Shown piece after piece: positions 48,901 to 57,810 of a stretch of 64,000 bases of DNA (the first letter of the stretch is position 1; each line of letters opens with the position of its first letter). The notes under the pieces were generated by a model. It did no database searches. It had not been told where the DNA came from and saw only the letters and a list, made by a program, of their open reading frames with translations. The stretch is from Armatimonadota bacterium. GTDB lineage: Bacteria; Armatimonadota; UBA5829; DSUL01. The position numbers and the translations under genes were made by a program. Location of the stretch: NCBI GenBank assembly GCA_039811685.1, contig JBDHZC010000004.1:197924-261923 (forward strand), in the 5' to 3' direction.

Positions 48901-49754
48901 GCGTTTCCAGCCTGCACGCCTCTTGGAGCGCTACCGATCCGGGAAGTGGGGTCGCGGAGTATGAGTACCGGCTCCTGGAGCAGGGTGGGCCAGTCATAAG
49001 GGATTGGACCAGCGCCGGTTCCGCGACTGAAGTGACCGTCACTTTCCTGTCCTTAGCCCCTGGTAAGACCTATGTTTTTGAGGTCAGGGCGACCAATGCC
49101 GCCGGTCTGACCAGTGGTGTCGGGACGTCTGACGGGATCACAGTTGTTGCCGGGCAGAGTGTGGCGCGAATTGGGCAGCTCAAACAGCTTGAGGATGATA
49201 CTGTCATTCAATTGAGCTCCGCCAAGCCCGTCTGTGCTGTATTTGGCTCTGAACTGTACATCTGTGAGTCAGATCGAAGCGCCGGTATCAGCGTGGTGGG
49301 TAACGGATTTTCTCCTGGTGATCTGGTCAGTGTCAGTGCGACGCTCACGACAACCGCGTCTGGTGAACGCCAGTTGAAAGATGCCATCCTTACGCCTGCC
49401 GGGAGTGGATCGCCCCTGAAAGCGCTCAGCGTGTCAGTTGCGTCGCTCGGAGGAGTCTGGTCCGGTGTGTACACTCCGCCAGTTGGCGGCGCGCCGGGGC
49501 TGCAGAATACGGGGCTTCTGGTTCAGGTTACTGGGCGCGTGACTTTTGCGGGGGCCGACTTCTTCTACCTGGACGACGGGTCCAGCATCAGCGATGGCTC
49601 CGGGTATATCGGAGTAAGGGTCTATTGTCCGATTGACGCTGTTCCTGCTGTGGGGACGACAGTTTCAGTCACTGGTATCAGCTCGTCCTGGAAGTCTGGC
49701 GCGCAAGTGTGGCCGATGATCAAGGAGGTCTCCGGAGGAATCTCTACGCCGTAG
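45990..49754 (+). CDS. Large secreted multidomain protein: glycoside-hydrolase-like TIM barrel, carboxypeptidase-regulatory-like domain, fibronectin type III domains and β-rich C-terminal regions
   Basis: Signal peptide; a GH-like (GHL10-type) region (…YYQYYSDWDSWLQEGIIDMAVPMMY…); a CarbopepD_reg-like domain (GHIFDGSTGAPVDGASVTVTG…GHYAFIDLPPGTYTV); and Fn3 domains (…LYYYRV and PSRPAGLQVQSVTTSEVHLSWTAS…GYRIY). Confidence 0.75.
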   Translation: MTLTLKISTTLRALRSITLAIALTLALTASSRSAELRGWWVDAFGAGARSQSEVTKLLGTPGVASSKGDIRNANCNAVFVEVRRRADTMYPSGMGEPYMSGLSPSNFNALQAIINAAHDTTGGKQRIEVHAWIVTFATATGSSVSPVYYQHNNPNDPDNYWITLDDAGNETDDKAFDPGHPKAAQYIHDVCMDLVNNFDIDGLHFDYIRFTGINQGYNPTSISRFRQQFPNKPAQIPYTDDDFEQWRRDQVTAVVRNVYASVQQSKPWVKVSGAFVGGAPGPTASTRNAFKNTRPYYQYYSDWDSWLQEGIIDMAVPMMYFDQAGSYAADYTRWMNFGKDRKASRQMVIGPGVYLNSLSNAISQIKQTRNPSPSGNYADGFAGYSYRVPYAGGTWAGFAPSLVSQVTPSPTDIPTMPWKTAPTKGHIRGHIFDGSTGAPVDGASVTVTGPVTRTQKSDGTGHYAFIDLPPGTYTVSVAKPYFASASAQQAVAAGTMAVRNFTLSPSGCTYATISGVTAQGISTQFATILWTTDLPSDSRVEYGTTASYGSMTLLDPALVTNHSVVLSGLSANTLYYYRVISTPGGGCSSVSSGSTFTTTGVAVPDVVIESRKSNGTLTPSPSYTEAGSWGDSTAKSSAQGLSGSGSRYATNFTGATATFVPSLPYSGPYEVYVTWGASSNGASTNFKVISGGSVVYNHNWDQNNAQPYENQWQYVGEYTFNAGQSASNASVKIDGNASSKGTTGGTPRLMSDAVKFVFKGSAGDVEPPSRPAGLQVQSVTTSEVHLSWTASTDNIAVTGYRIYKDNQPVATVSEPEYTDVGLSANTSFSYGVSAYDAGGNESAISVPATAVTLSEAPTPETITCNKNAGDWYTTSDFVFSTQGGFGPGRVAKYRVAWDKSPTHTWGGSGESDWTQLGLLKYASSEGSWYFHAQSYNSAGVPNGSYDFGPYNFDATAPTIPAVTDDGATTTSVSSLHASWSATDPGSGVAEYEYRLLEQGGPVIRDWTSAGSATEVTVTFLSLAPGKTYVFEVRATNAAGLTSGVGTSDGITVVAGQSVARIGQLKQLEDDTVIQLSSAKPVCAVFGSELYICESDRSAGISVVGNGFSPGDLVSVSATLTTTASGERQLKDAILTPAGSGSPLKALSVSVASLGGVWSGVYTPPVGGAPGLQNTGLLVQVTGRVTFAGADFFYLDDGSSISDGSGYIGVRVYCPIDAVPAVGTTVSVTGISSSWKSGAQVWPMIKEVSGGISTP

Positions 49755-49786
49755 GCGCGCAACGGATCATCGCTTCAGGAGTAGCA

Positions 49787-49814
49787 ACGGCCGCCTGCAA
49801 ACGCAGGCGGCCGT
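49787..49814. terminator. GC-rich hairpin between convergent genes (putative bidirectional terminator)
   Basis: ACGGCCGCCTGC-aaac-GCAGGCGGCCGT is a perfect 12-bp stem. Flanking T-runs are weak. Confidence 0.4.
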
Positions 49815-49856
49815 CCTTTCACCGGGTTGGCCGCAGTGCGGCCATTTATGCAACTT

Positions 49857-50669
49857 CTACCTGGGTATCGGTGGCGCCGGGTTGTCTGGTTTCGCGCTGC
49901 CCTTCTCCAGTTTCAGCGCCCACTTGATTCCGTGAAGAATATGCTGCTGATAAACCGGGTTTTCCCAGACATCTATCCGGTGTCCGAGCGATGTGTAAAA
50001 CACCCGGCCCTTCCCATAGTCTTTCACCCAAGACACCAGAAAGTCACCAGCAGCCGGGGTGTCAGCGCACGGGTCGGTTGTCGTGCTGAGCAGCACATGC
50101 ACGTCCGGTCTATTGTTTTCTTTGAAGAGATAGATCTCATCGAAGATTGTCCAGCTCTTGCCGAGCTGCTTCACCGCCGGATGCTTCAGATCGTTGACGA
50201 TCGCCTCGATCGAACACTGCTTTCGATGCGTCCTGAACTCACCACCCAGCATCTCAACATAGCTTCTGTCGCCTTGAACCTCAGAAGGGTGATAAGTGTC
50301 GGATGCGCTGTGCATCCCCACAAAGCCCTTGCCTGTCTTCAGCCAGTCCAAAAAGCCGTGCAGATCCGGGATACCGAGGTTTCCCGTAGTATTGGCGAAT
50401 ACCACGCCGTCATAGGCCTTCAACGCAGCTACCGACATCTTTTGTTTGACTTCGGCTTCATCCCTGGCGTAGTCCACGTCGTAAATTCCGCTCTTAGCTC
50501 CCAGGTCTGCCAGTACTTCTTCAGCGGTCGGGATGGAATCGTGCCGGAATGCTGCGGTATGAGTCACGACCAGAAGATGTTTCGTTGCTTTGGGAGCGGC
50601 GAAACACTGAGACCCCGCAACAGTCAACGCCACCACCGCAACCGCCATCACAATGGACGATTTCTTCAT
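49857..50669 (-). CDS. ThuA-domain (class-I glutamine-amidotransferase-like) secreted protein
   Basis: Signal peptide plus a ThuA-like pattern (HLLVVTHTAAFRHDSIP…GFVGMHSASDTY). Confidence 0.7.
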   Translation of the reverse strand: MKKSSIVMAVAVVALTVAGSQCFAAPKATKHLLVVTHTAAFRHDSIPTAEEVLADLGAKSGIYDVDYARDEAEVKQKMSVAALKAYDGVVFANTTGNLGIPDLHGFLDWLKTGKGFVGMHSASDTYHPSEVQGDRSYVEMLGGEFRTHRKQCSIEAIVNDLKHPAVKQLGKSWTIFDEIYLFKENNRPDVHVLLSTTTDPCADTPAAGDFLVSWVKDYGKGRVFYTSLGHRIDVWENPVYQQHILHGIKWALKLEKGSAKPDNPAPPIPR

Positions 50670-50708
50670 TATGCTCTCCCATCTTGACAGCGCGGATGTC
50701 TTGTCTGT

Positions 50709-51878
50709 CTAGCTGTTAACCGAGGCAAACTCAACTGGAGGAGTCTTCGAACCAACCGGTCGAAGCGCCTGCACGCTCACCTCTGCAGCTATTTCCGACG
50801 CGATAGACCGGTATTCCTCCGCCACGCGCGACTCCGGCGCTGCAATGACAGTGGGAACTCCCTTGTCTGAATCCTCGACAATGCGCGGGTCAAGTGGCAG
50901 CCGTCCCAGGAAGCGCACGCCAAAGTCCTTCGCCGCCTGCTCCGCGGCGCCTTTGTGCCCGAAGATATCGGTTTCATTCTGGCAGTGCGGGCAGACAAAC
51001 GTAGCCATGTTCTCAATAATCCCAAGCACCGGAACTGTCAGATTCTCAGATCGGAACATACGCACCGATTTGCCAGCTATCTTGGTTGCCAGGTCCTGTG
51101 GAGTCATAACAACTACAACACCGCTCAAAGGGACTTGCTGTGCCAGGCTCATTGGAGCGTCTCCGGTTCCCGGCGGCAGATCAACAATGAGATAGTCCAG
51201 GCTCCCCCAGTACGTATCTGTCAACATCTGCCTAACTGCGCTGGCGACCAGCGGGCCACGCCAGATTACAGCCGTGTCTGAAGGCGCCAGGAATCCGAGA
51301 GACATCAGCTTGAGGTCGTACTTCTCCAGCGGGATCATCTTCCGCTTGACCTCACCTGTGTTGTGATCCGGAATATCCTCGAGCATCGGCTGTTCATGAA
51401 TGTCGAGCATCATCGGGAGGCTGGGGCCGTAGATATCGCAGTCCAGAAGGCCCGTATTCGCGCCAGCTTTCTGCAGGGCGGCCGCTATATTTACGGACAC
51501 AGTGGATTTGCCCACGCCGCCTTTGCCGCTGGCGACTGCGATAACATTTTTGACGCCGGGCAGCGCCTGTTGTTCAAAAGACTTGGGAACCTGGCTGGCC
51601 CAGCGGATATTGACCTTCTCAACGCCGGGCAGCGCGCTGACAGCAGCCGTGCAATCGTCCTCAATCGTGTTCTTCAAAGGACACGCGGGTGTCGTCAACA
51701 CTACTTCAAAATCTACAACACCGTCTGTAACAATGATGTCCCGCACCATGTTGAGCTCGACAAGCGAGCGGTGCAATTCTGGATCATTAACTGTGCGCAA
51801 GACTTCCAGAACTGCCTCTGAGGTCAGGCCGGAATCCTTAGCGCCACTTTCCTGCTGGTTTTTACGACCGAAAATCAT
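50709..51878 (-). CDS. apbC: Mrp/NBP35 (ApbC) Fe-S cluster carrier ATPase with an N-terminal MIP18/DUF59 domain
   Basis: Deviant Walker A SGKGGVGKSTVSVN, a CxxC pair (CPHC) and an N-terminal DUF59 region. Start at the internal ATG 51878, which has a GGAGGT SD. Confidence 0.88.
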   Translation of the reverse strand: MIFGRKNQQESGAKDSGLTSEAVLEVLRTVNDPELHRSLVELNMVRDIIVTDGVVDFEVVLTTPACPLKNTIEDDCTAAVSALPGVEKVNIRWASQVPKSFEQQALPGVKNVIAVASGKGGVGKSTVSVNIAAALQKAGANTGLLDCDIYGPSLPMMLDIHEQPMLEDIPDHNTGEVKRKMIPLEKYDLKLMSLGFLAPSDTAVIWRGPLVASAVRQMLTDTYWGSLDYLIVDLPPGTGDAPMSLAQQVPLSGVVVVMTPQDLATKIAGKSVRMFRSENLTVPVLGIIENMATFVCPHCQNETDIFGHKGAAEQAAKDFGVRFLGRLPLDPRIVEDSDKGVPTVIAAPESRVAEEYRSIASEIAAEVSVQALRPVGSKTPPVEFASVNS

Positions 51879-52616
51879 GAAGACCTCCGAGTGGATTATC
51901 ACTAAAGAGACTGATGTGTGGCAAACCGCGGGTCAATGGCGTGACTCTTCGGTTCTCCACCCTGTCTCTCCCTGCAGAGCTGCTGGCATCTTACAGACTC
52001 CGCATGCCTTGCTGGATATTTCGCCTGCCCGGCATGGGCTTCTGGCAGCACCTGGACCAAAACTCGGGGGGATAGCAAGGCTTACAAGACCGTTGAGGCG
52101 AGGCGGATATGGCAGCGCCGGGTCAGCATATTTGGTTCCAGTCTCCGGAAGGATTGTGGAACAAACAACTAGCCCCGGTACGGCCGAGGGGGATGTTTGC
52201 TCCCGTGCCGGGATAGCCCACTTCGGGTTCTGTTTTTCGCGCAGCAGAGTCTGTGAGCGCGCCCAGTCGTGACAGATAGCCGGAGCGGCCAGAGGCCGAA
52301 TCTCGGCTGAGAGGTCTGCCAGAGTCGTAAGCTGTTTGTGTGGGTGCTTTACAGCCACCGAGCGCGTTGAGCTTTAGCGCGAATGCCGGTGAAGTCTTCT
52401 TGCAGACCTCACTTGCGTGAAACTGTTTACAATTTAGATTCGTGCAGTTGGGACAAAAGGGTGCGCGCGTCGCAGCGCCCTTTGACGGGGTATCCAACTC
52501 TTTCATAGCGGCCAGGATTTGACGTCGCCGGAGGAGCTGGATCGGCAGTAAAGCGCTAGCCGACTGCACTGAGATGGTCTGGTGCGGATGCGCCGCTGCG
52601 ACGATGGGAGGGATAG

Positions 52617-53501
52617 TTGGACCAGAGTAAGCCGCTTTACACTAGAAGCATAGACATTCCAAGCCTGCCAAGTGGCATGGCCAGTATTGTCTCCGTGGCC
52701 AGTTCAGACAGCGCGACGGCTGATGACGTCGCCAACGCGATCATGCTGGACCCAGCGCTCTCGACCAAAGTGCTCCGGATGGCCAACTCGGCCTTCTACG
52801 GGCGCTTGACGAAGGCCGAGACCGTCACGCAAGCCGTAGTCACACTCGGGTTCAGCGCTGTCAAGACCGTTGCGCTGGCTGCCTCTGTGGTTGACCACGT
52901 ACTGCCGGAAACCGGCGTTCCAGGTCTCAGTTGGCAGTCTTTCTGGCAGCACTGTGTCGCAACGGGCGCCGCTGCGGAAATCATTGCCCGCTATCTCACT
53001 GGTTCCAGACGGGGAAGTGAGTCTGCCTTTGTTGCGGGTCTGTTGCATGACGTCGGCAAACTCATCATTGCCCGCAATTCTTCTGAAGACTTCGGAAAAG
53101 CTGTCTGGATCGCATCAGGAACAAATGGCGATATGCGCTTTGCCGAACGCAAGGTCTTCGGGACTGATCACGCGACTGTCGGCGCCCTTCTTGCGCAAGA
53201 GTGGCGGATTCCAGAAGCGATCGGCCGCCCGATCGGGCAACACCACGATATGAATCCTGGCGCCGATCCGATGGTGCTGGCTGTCAGCGGAGCGAACCTG
53301 CTTTCAAAAGCCATGTATGGCGGATATCTTACAGACTGTAAGGTCCAGGTGAGCGCTGCAGAGGTGACTCGCGCCTGTGGATTGGAAGAGTCAGCTTTGC
53401 AGAGTGTGGCGTCCGAAGTGCCTCAGCGGCTGAGTGAGTGTGGCGAAGTCTTGTCCTGGGCGGCAAATATGCCCGAAGGCGGTGCGCTCAAAGCCGCATA
53501 A
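52617..53501 (+). CDS. HDOD-domain signalling protein
   Basis: HDOD pattern (…LLHDVGKLII…). Confidence 0.7.
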   Translation: MDQSKPLYTRSIDIPSLPSGMASIVSVASSDSATADDVANAIMLDPALSTKVLRMANSAFYGRLTKAETVTQAVVTLGFSAVKTVALAASVVDHVLPETGVPGLSWQSFWQHCVATGAAAEIIARYLTGSRRGSESAFVAGLLHDVGKLIIARNSSEDFGKAVWIASGTNGDMRFAERKVFGTDHATVGALLAQEWRIPEAIGRPIGQHHDMNPGADPMVLAVSGANLLSKAMYGGYLTDCKVQVSAAEVTRACGLEESALQSVASEVPQRLSECGEVLSWAANMPEGGALKAA

Positions 53502-53642
53502 CTCACCTTTGATCCTTGGCCTCCCTCTCCAGAAACCGGCCCTGAGAAATCTCGGGGCCGTTTTGGTTTGTCTTACAGGTGACTGTGCTGGAATTCTGAG
53601 GCTCTGATATTGTAAGGTATGGGGGGAGGTTATTTCGAGGAT

Positions 53643-54788
53643 ATGCGGGCTTTCTTCTTTCGATTGATAATCGGGTTGGCGACGCTGAGCCTTGTCGGGA
53701 TGTGCGCTTCAATAGCTGAGGCCGGTCTGGTTGTTGGCGGGGTTGTGGTGGACGCCTCTACAGGTGCGGCCCTAACAGGAGCCACCGTTGCGCTTTTCGA
53801 TGACAGTGGAGACGTGGTTGGTACAGATCTCACAGATGGCGACGGGACGTGGGCCATTGAGACTGAGTGGAAGCACGCGCATCTCAAAGCTCCCTCCAGC
53901 GGTGGCAGTCTCTTCTCATCGTTGATTGGCGTTGTCACCTGGCCGGTTCGCACAACCGCTCGCTTCGTCGGCGGGTCTACAAAGGCGCTTTTCAAGGGCG
54001 CGGCGAGAGCGGCTGGTGGCGCGGCGGTTGCCGGGGTGTCTGTGGCGGCTGTATCGGGCGCAGGCCCTGTAGCGGAAGCGGCCGTGGGACAGATAGGCCG
54101 CACCGTTGGACGCGCGGCCTCCGATGCTGTGGTGGGAGCTCTGGACGATGACTCGCCCGAGGACGAGCGATCTGACCAGATGCGGAACAGTGACCCTCAA
54201 CCCGGAGAGGTCACAGTGCGCGTGTGGAAACAGGGAGCCAAAGACTATCATGGTCGTGTGTCGGTCTATGCTCTCGAACGCTTCCGCGATGAGAACGGGC
54301 ACAGCAAAGCTGCGGCGACTGTTGACCCCGTCCTGCTCGCCTCTGAAGAATCAGGTGGTGTGTCGTCCGCTCCGCGCCACTTTGGGATTCTCAACCACGT
54401 CTCAGCCGATCCTATGATCGTCGAGGCGGGCGCTACAGTCAGGCTCAGTTGTCAGATGCCTCTGCCTGACGAGATGCTATCTTCGACCTGCGTCGTCGCG
54501 TGGGACCTGTCGACACGCCAGCGGCAGTCACTGACTCGTACGGAGGAGGGAGCCTGGCAGGGAGAAATGGAGCTTCCGAAAAAAGGCCCTTACAGAAACC
54601 ATGAAATCACCATCGTTGCCTATCGCAACCTGGATCAAAAAGCCGGTGGTGACGAAAAGTTGGAAGCGCGTCTCTGGGACAAAGATGCGTGGAATCCGAG
54701 GAAAGCCTACCCGGTTGACCCGGTGCTTCTGGTTTCGCGCAATCGAGGCCAGGTGACGGTCACCGTCATCAAGCCGCCCAGGCCCTAG
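53643..54788 (+). CDS. Secreted hypothetical protein with an N-terminal carboxypeptidase-regulatory-like β-sandwich
   Basis: Signal peptide, then GGVVVDASTGAALTGATVALFDDSGDVVGTDLTDGDGTWAIE. Confidence 0.5.
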   Translation: MRAFFFRLIIGLATLSLVGMCASIAEAGLVVGGVVVDASTGAALTGATVALFDDSGDVVGTDLTDGDGTWAIETEWKHAHLKAPSSGGSLFSSLIGVVTWPVRTTARFVGGSTKALFKGAARAAGGAAVAGVSVAAVSGAGPVAEAAVGQIGRTVGRAASDAVVGALDDDSPEDERSDQMRNSDPQPGEVTVRVWKQGAKDYHGRVSVYALERFRDENGHSKAAATVDPVLLASEESGGVSSAPRHFGILNHVSADPMIVEAGATVRLSCQMPLPDEMLSSTCVVAWDLSTRQRQSLTRTEEGAWQGEMELPKKGPYRNHEITIVAYRNLDQKAGGDEKLEARLWDKDAWNPRKAYPVDPVLLVSRNRGQVTVTVIKPPRP

Positions 54789-54819
54789 ATCGATCTAGCT
54801 CACAAACGATTGGCGATCT

Positions 54820-55716
54820 CTATGCTGTCTGGGCGACGGGATCGGCAAAGAGCGATTCGACGAACTCCTCCGGATTGAACACTTTCAGATCGTCCAGTTG
54901 TTCGCCAGTGCCGACCAACTTAACCGGCACTCCCAGTTCATCACTGATACTGATGACTGTCCCACCGCGAGCGGAGCTGTCCATTTTTGCCAGTACAAGG
55001 CCCGTAATATCGACAGCCGACAGAAACTCCCGTGCCTGCGATATCGCGTTCTGCCCTGTAGTCGCGTCCAGTACCAGAAGCGTCTCATCCGGACCTCGCC
55101 CATTGGCCTTCTCCACTGCGCGCGTGATCTTCTTCAACTCTTCCATCAGGTTGGATCTGGTGTGCAGGCGCCCGGCCGTGTCCACGATAACGATGTCGAC
55201 GCCTCTGGCCTTGGCCGCGGATACGCTATCGAAGACGACAGCGGCCGGGTCGGCGCCCGGAGCGTGCTTGACAATCTGACAGCCCACACGCTGCGCCCAA
55301 ATTTCAAGCTGATCGATCGCCGCCGCGCGAAACGTGTCCGCAGCGGCAAGCAACACCTGCTTTCCCTGCTGCGTGTACATATACGCCAGCTTCGCAATGC
55401 TTGTTGTCTTGCCAACTCCGTTGACGCCGGCAACGAACACGACGGTGGGAGGAGTGTCTCCTGTGGCGATTTCCTGCGACGTATTCGCCCCCATCATACC
55501 TGCCAGCGTCTCTTTCAGCGCCGCCTGTACGCCGTCTGCGTGCTGTCTGGACTCTCGTATGCGCTCGAATATCTTCTCGACCGTCTCGTAAGAGACATCT
55601 GCGCTCAGCAATGCCTCTTCCAGCTCCTCTTCCGTCGCCGCGTCGAGAATCGTCTTGCCCTGAATCTTACGAGCAATGTTCTTGAATACGCCCAAAAACC
55701 GCATTCGCCGTGTCAA
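54820..55716 (-). CDS. ftsY: Signal recognition particle receptor FtsY (NG domain only)
   Basis: SRP-GTPase motifs: GVNGVGKTTSIAKLA, DTAGRL and the TKMDSSARGG-like LAKMDSSARGG. No A-domain. Confidence 0.9.
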   Translation of the reverse strand: MTRRMRFLGVFKNIARKIQGKTILDAATEEELEEALLSADVSYETVEKIFERIRESRQHADGVQAALKETLAGMMGANTSQEIATGDTPPTVVFVAGVNGVGKTTSIAKLAYMYTQQGKQVLLAAADTFRAAAIDQLEIWAQRVGCQIVKHAPGADPAAVVFDSVSAAKARGVDIVIVDTAGRLHTRSNLMEELKKITRAVEKANGRGPDETLLVLDATTGQNAISQAREFLSAVDITGLVLAKMDSSARGGTVISISDELGVPVKLVGTGEQLDDLKVFNPEEFVESLFADPVAQTA

Positions 55717-55808
55717 ACCCCTCTTAGTGTAGTCTTCAGGATGTTAGACCCAGAGTTGTGCCAGGCGCAAGTCGCTCGTGGCCCGATAACCGCCCAGTTG
55801 CGTTGTCG

Positions 55809-56753
55809 TCAGGGAGAGCTCATCAGCTTTAGGCCCGGCGTACGCGTCCTCATTTTGAGCAGAGAGTCCGTTGTCGGGTCGGTGATGTAGAGAGTCTTTC
55901 GATCGGGACCGGCGAAGGCGATATTGCTTGGCCCGTGCCCTGGGCCTGTCGGCATCACATAGCTATCGAAGGTTTCTCCACGCGGGGAAATCACCAGCAC
56001 CTGATGCGCTCCAAAGTGCGCGACCCACAGATTGCCTGCAGTATCAAACGCTATACCGTCCGGCTCTCCTTTCCCTGCGCTGGACAAGTCTGCGAATTCC
56101 TGCGCCCTGCCAAGCATGCCGTTGCTCCGCACGGAGAATCGCAAAATCCGGTTCTTTTGAGACTCAGCCACATAAAGCCAGCGCCCGTCCGCACTGAACG
56201 CCAGGCCATTAGGGAAGGCCAGACCGTCTGCTACGCGCGTGACTTTGCGCGTCGTAGCTTCCACTCGGTACACGCACCCTGTGGGATTGCGGAGTCCCGA
56301 CCCTGCAGGGTCTGTAAAGTACAGATTGCCCTTCGCATCAAAGGCCAGATCGTTTGGCCCCCGGAAGCCTTTCACGCGGTATTTTTCGGCGTATATCTCG
56401 CAGCGTCCATCTGGATGGATTCTCACGATGGCGTTCCGTTCGTTGTCGCACGCAAAAAGCGAGCCGTCTTTGTAGAACGCAAGGCCGTTGGTATTCCTGA
56501 ACTGGAGTGGGTTGTCAATGCGGCTACTCTTCAGCCATTGCGCTTCACATTCTCCGTCCAGAGAGACTCGCGCAATTGCGTTTCCTGATGCCTGCGAGCA
56601 TACGACATGCTGCTTTCCATCGTAAGCGGGGCCTTCGGGAAACTTCAGACCCACGCAGACCTCAGTCACTTCTGCCAGGCTTATCTGAGCGCAAATTACC
56701 CCACAAACCACTGTCATCGCGGCAATCCTGAGCCGTTTCCACCGTATCTTCAT
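55809..56753 (-). CDS. SMP-30/gluconolactonase/LRE-family β-propeller protein (secreted)
   Basis: Signal peptide, then repeated …GPNDLAFDAKGNLYFTD… and …PNGLAFSADGRWLYVAES… blades. Confidence 0.7.
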   Translation of the reverse strand: MKIRWKRLRIAAMTVVCGVICAQISLAEVTEVCVGLKFPEGPAYDGKQHVVCSQASGNAIARVSLDGECEAQWLKSSRIDNPLQFRNTNGLAFYKDGSLFACDNERNAIVRIHPDGRCEIYAEKYRVKGFRGPNDLAFDAKGNLYFTDPAGSGLRNPTGCVYRVEATTRKVTRVADGLAFPNGLAFSADGRWLYVAESQKNRILRFSVRSNGMLGRAQEFADLSSAGKGEPDGIAFDTAGNLWVAHFGAHQVLVISPRGETFDSYVMPTGPGHGPSNIAFAGPDRKTLYITDPTTDSLLKMRTRTPGLKLMSSP

Positions 56754-56976
56754 TCCCATCTCCGCTTTGCGCATTTCGACGCCACCTGTTCTCTCTTCCT
56801 TACCACTTTCCACCCCACTGAGTAGATAGCCGTGGCCCGCTTCCCGCGCCAAAGCCGAGTTCTGCTCAGTTGACAGGCCACAGATCGTGGCAGTCTGTAC
56901 TCTGTGTTGATGTATACTGACTATACCTCTCTGTAGCCAGACGTGTATCCCAACGGCGGCGATAAGGAGTTATGAA

Positions 56977-57774
56977 GTGGCTTTTCAACTCAATGACAAT
57001 GATGTTATGTCGTACCATCGCGACGGTTTTCTGCTTGTCCCTCGACTTTTTGACAGTGAGCTGATTGCGATGCTTTCCCATACGGCGCGAGCAGATCAGC
57101 GCTACCAGTCCCTGGCGGTAGATAGAAGCGATCGAGAAGGCGCTGCGTCGCGTCTGTCCTTGCGCTATGATCTGCCTGAGGATCTGTACGGTGGTCTGGT
57201 GCGCTCAGAAGACATCGTTCTGACCACGGAGAGGCTTCTGGGTGAAGAGGTCTACCACTATCACCACAAGATGATGATGAAGGAGCCGTTTGTTGGAGGC
57301 GCATGGGAGTGGCATCAGGACTACGGCTACTGGTATCACGGGTGGTTCCTGTCTCCCGCAATAACAAGCTGTATGATAGCCGTTGATCGGGCGACCCGCG
57401 CGAATGGCTGCTTACAGGTTATTCCTGGATCGCACGCTCTCGGCCGCATCGACCACGGGGGCGTGGGAGATCAAATGAGCGCCAACCAGGAGCGCGTGGA
57501 CGCTATTCTGTCTCGCTACGAAAAGACCTACGTGGAGATGGATCCGGGAGATGCTCTCTTCTTCCATTCAAACCTTCTGCACCGCTCAGACCAGAACACG
57601 AGTCCGGATCCGCGCTGGGTACTCATCTGCTGTTATGCCGCCCGCTCAAACGAACCGGCCAACGGCCTGCCTCCGGCTTACGAGTATCTGGAGCGCTGGA
57701 GCGTAGATCGTATCAAGGAAATTGGCAAGCAGCACCTGATGAGTCTCACCGGGTCTTCATCGGCCAGCCCATAA
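56977..57774 (+). CDS. Phytanoyl-CoA dioxygenase (PhyH) family Fe(II)/2-oxoglutarate oxygenase
   Basis: PhyH-like layout with a WHQD facial-triad motif, a distal His (HRSDQN) and an N-terminal FxxxGFLxV. Confidence 0.75.
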   Translation: MAFQLNDNDVMSYHRDGFLLVPRLFDSELIAMLSHTARADQRYQSLAVDRSDREGAASRLSLRYDLPEDLYGGLVRSEDIVLTTERLLGEEVYHYHHKMMMKEPFVGGAWEWHQDYGYWYHGWFLSPAITSCMIAVDRATRANGCLQVIPGSHALGRIDHGGVGDQMSANQERVDAILSRYEKTYVEMDPGDALFFHSNLLHRSDQNTSPDPRWVLICCYAARSNEPANGLPPAYEYLERWSVDRIKEIGKQHLMSLTGSSSASP

Positions 57775-57810
57775 AGACTTCGCAGAGACGCTAACCGCTA
57801 TGGGCGGGAG

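Noticed and set aside
51903-52616. tmRNA or SRP RNA in the long apbC-HDOD intergenic region; 148-aa ORF 52123..52569(-)
   Set aside because: No tmRNA tag-peptide reading frame or tRNA-like T-arm was found. The GGAA hairpin lacks the conserved SRP internal loop. The ORF translation is low-complexity. It is left as an unexplained non-coding region.
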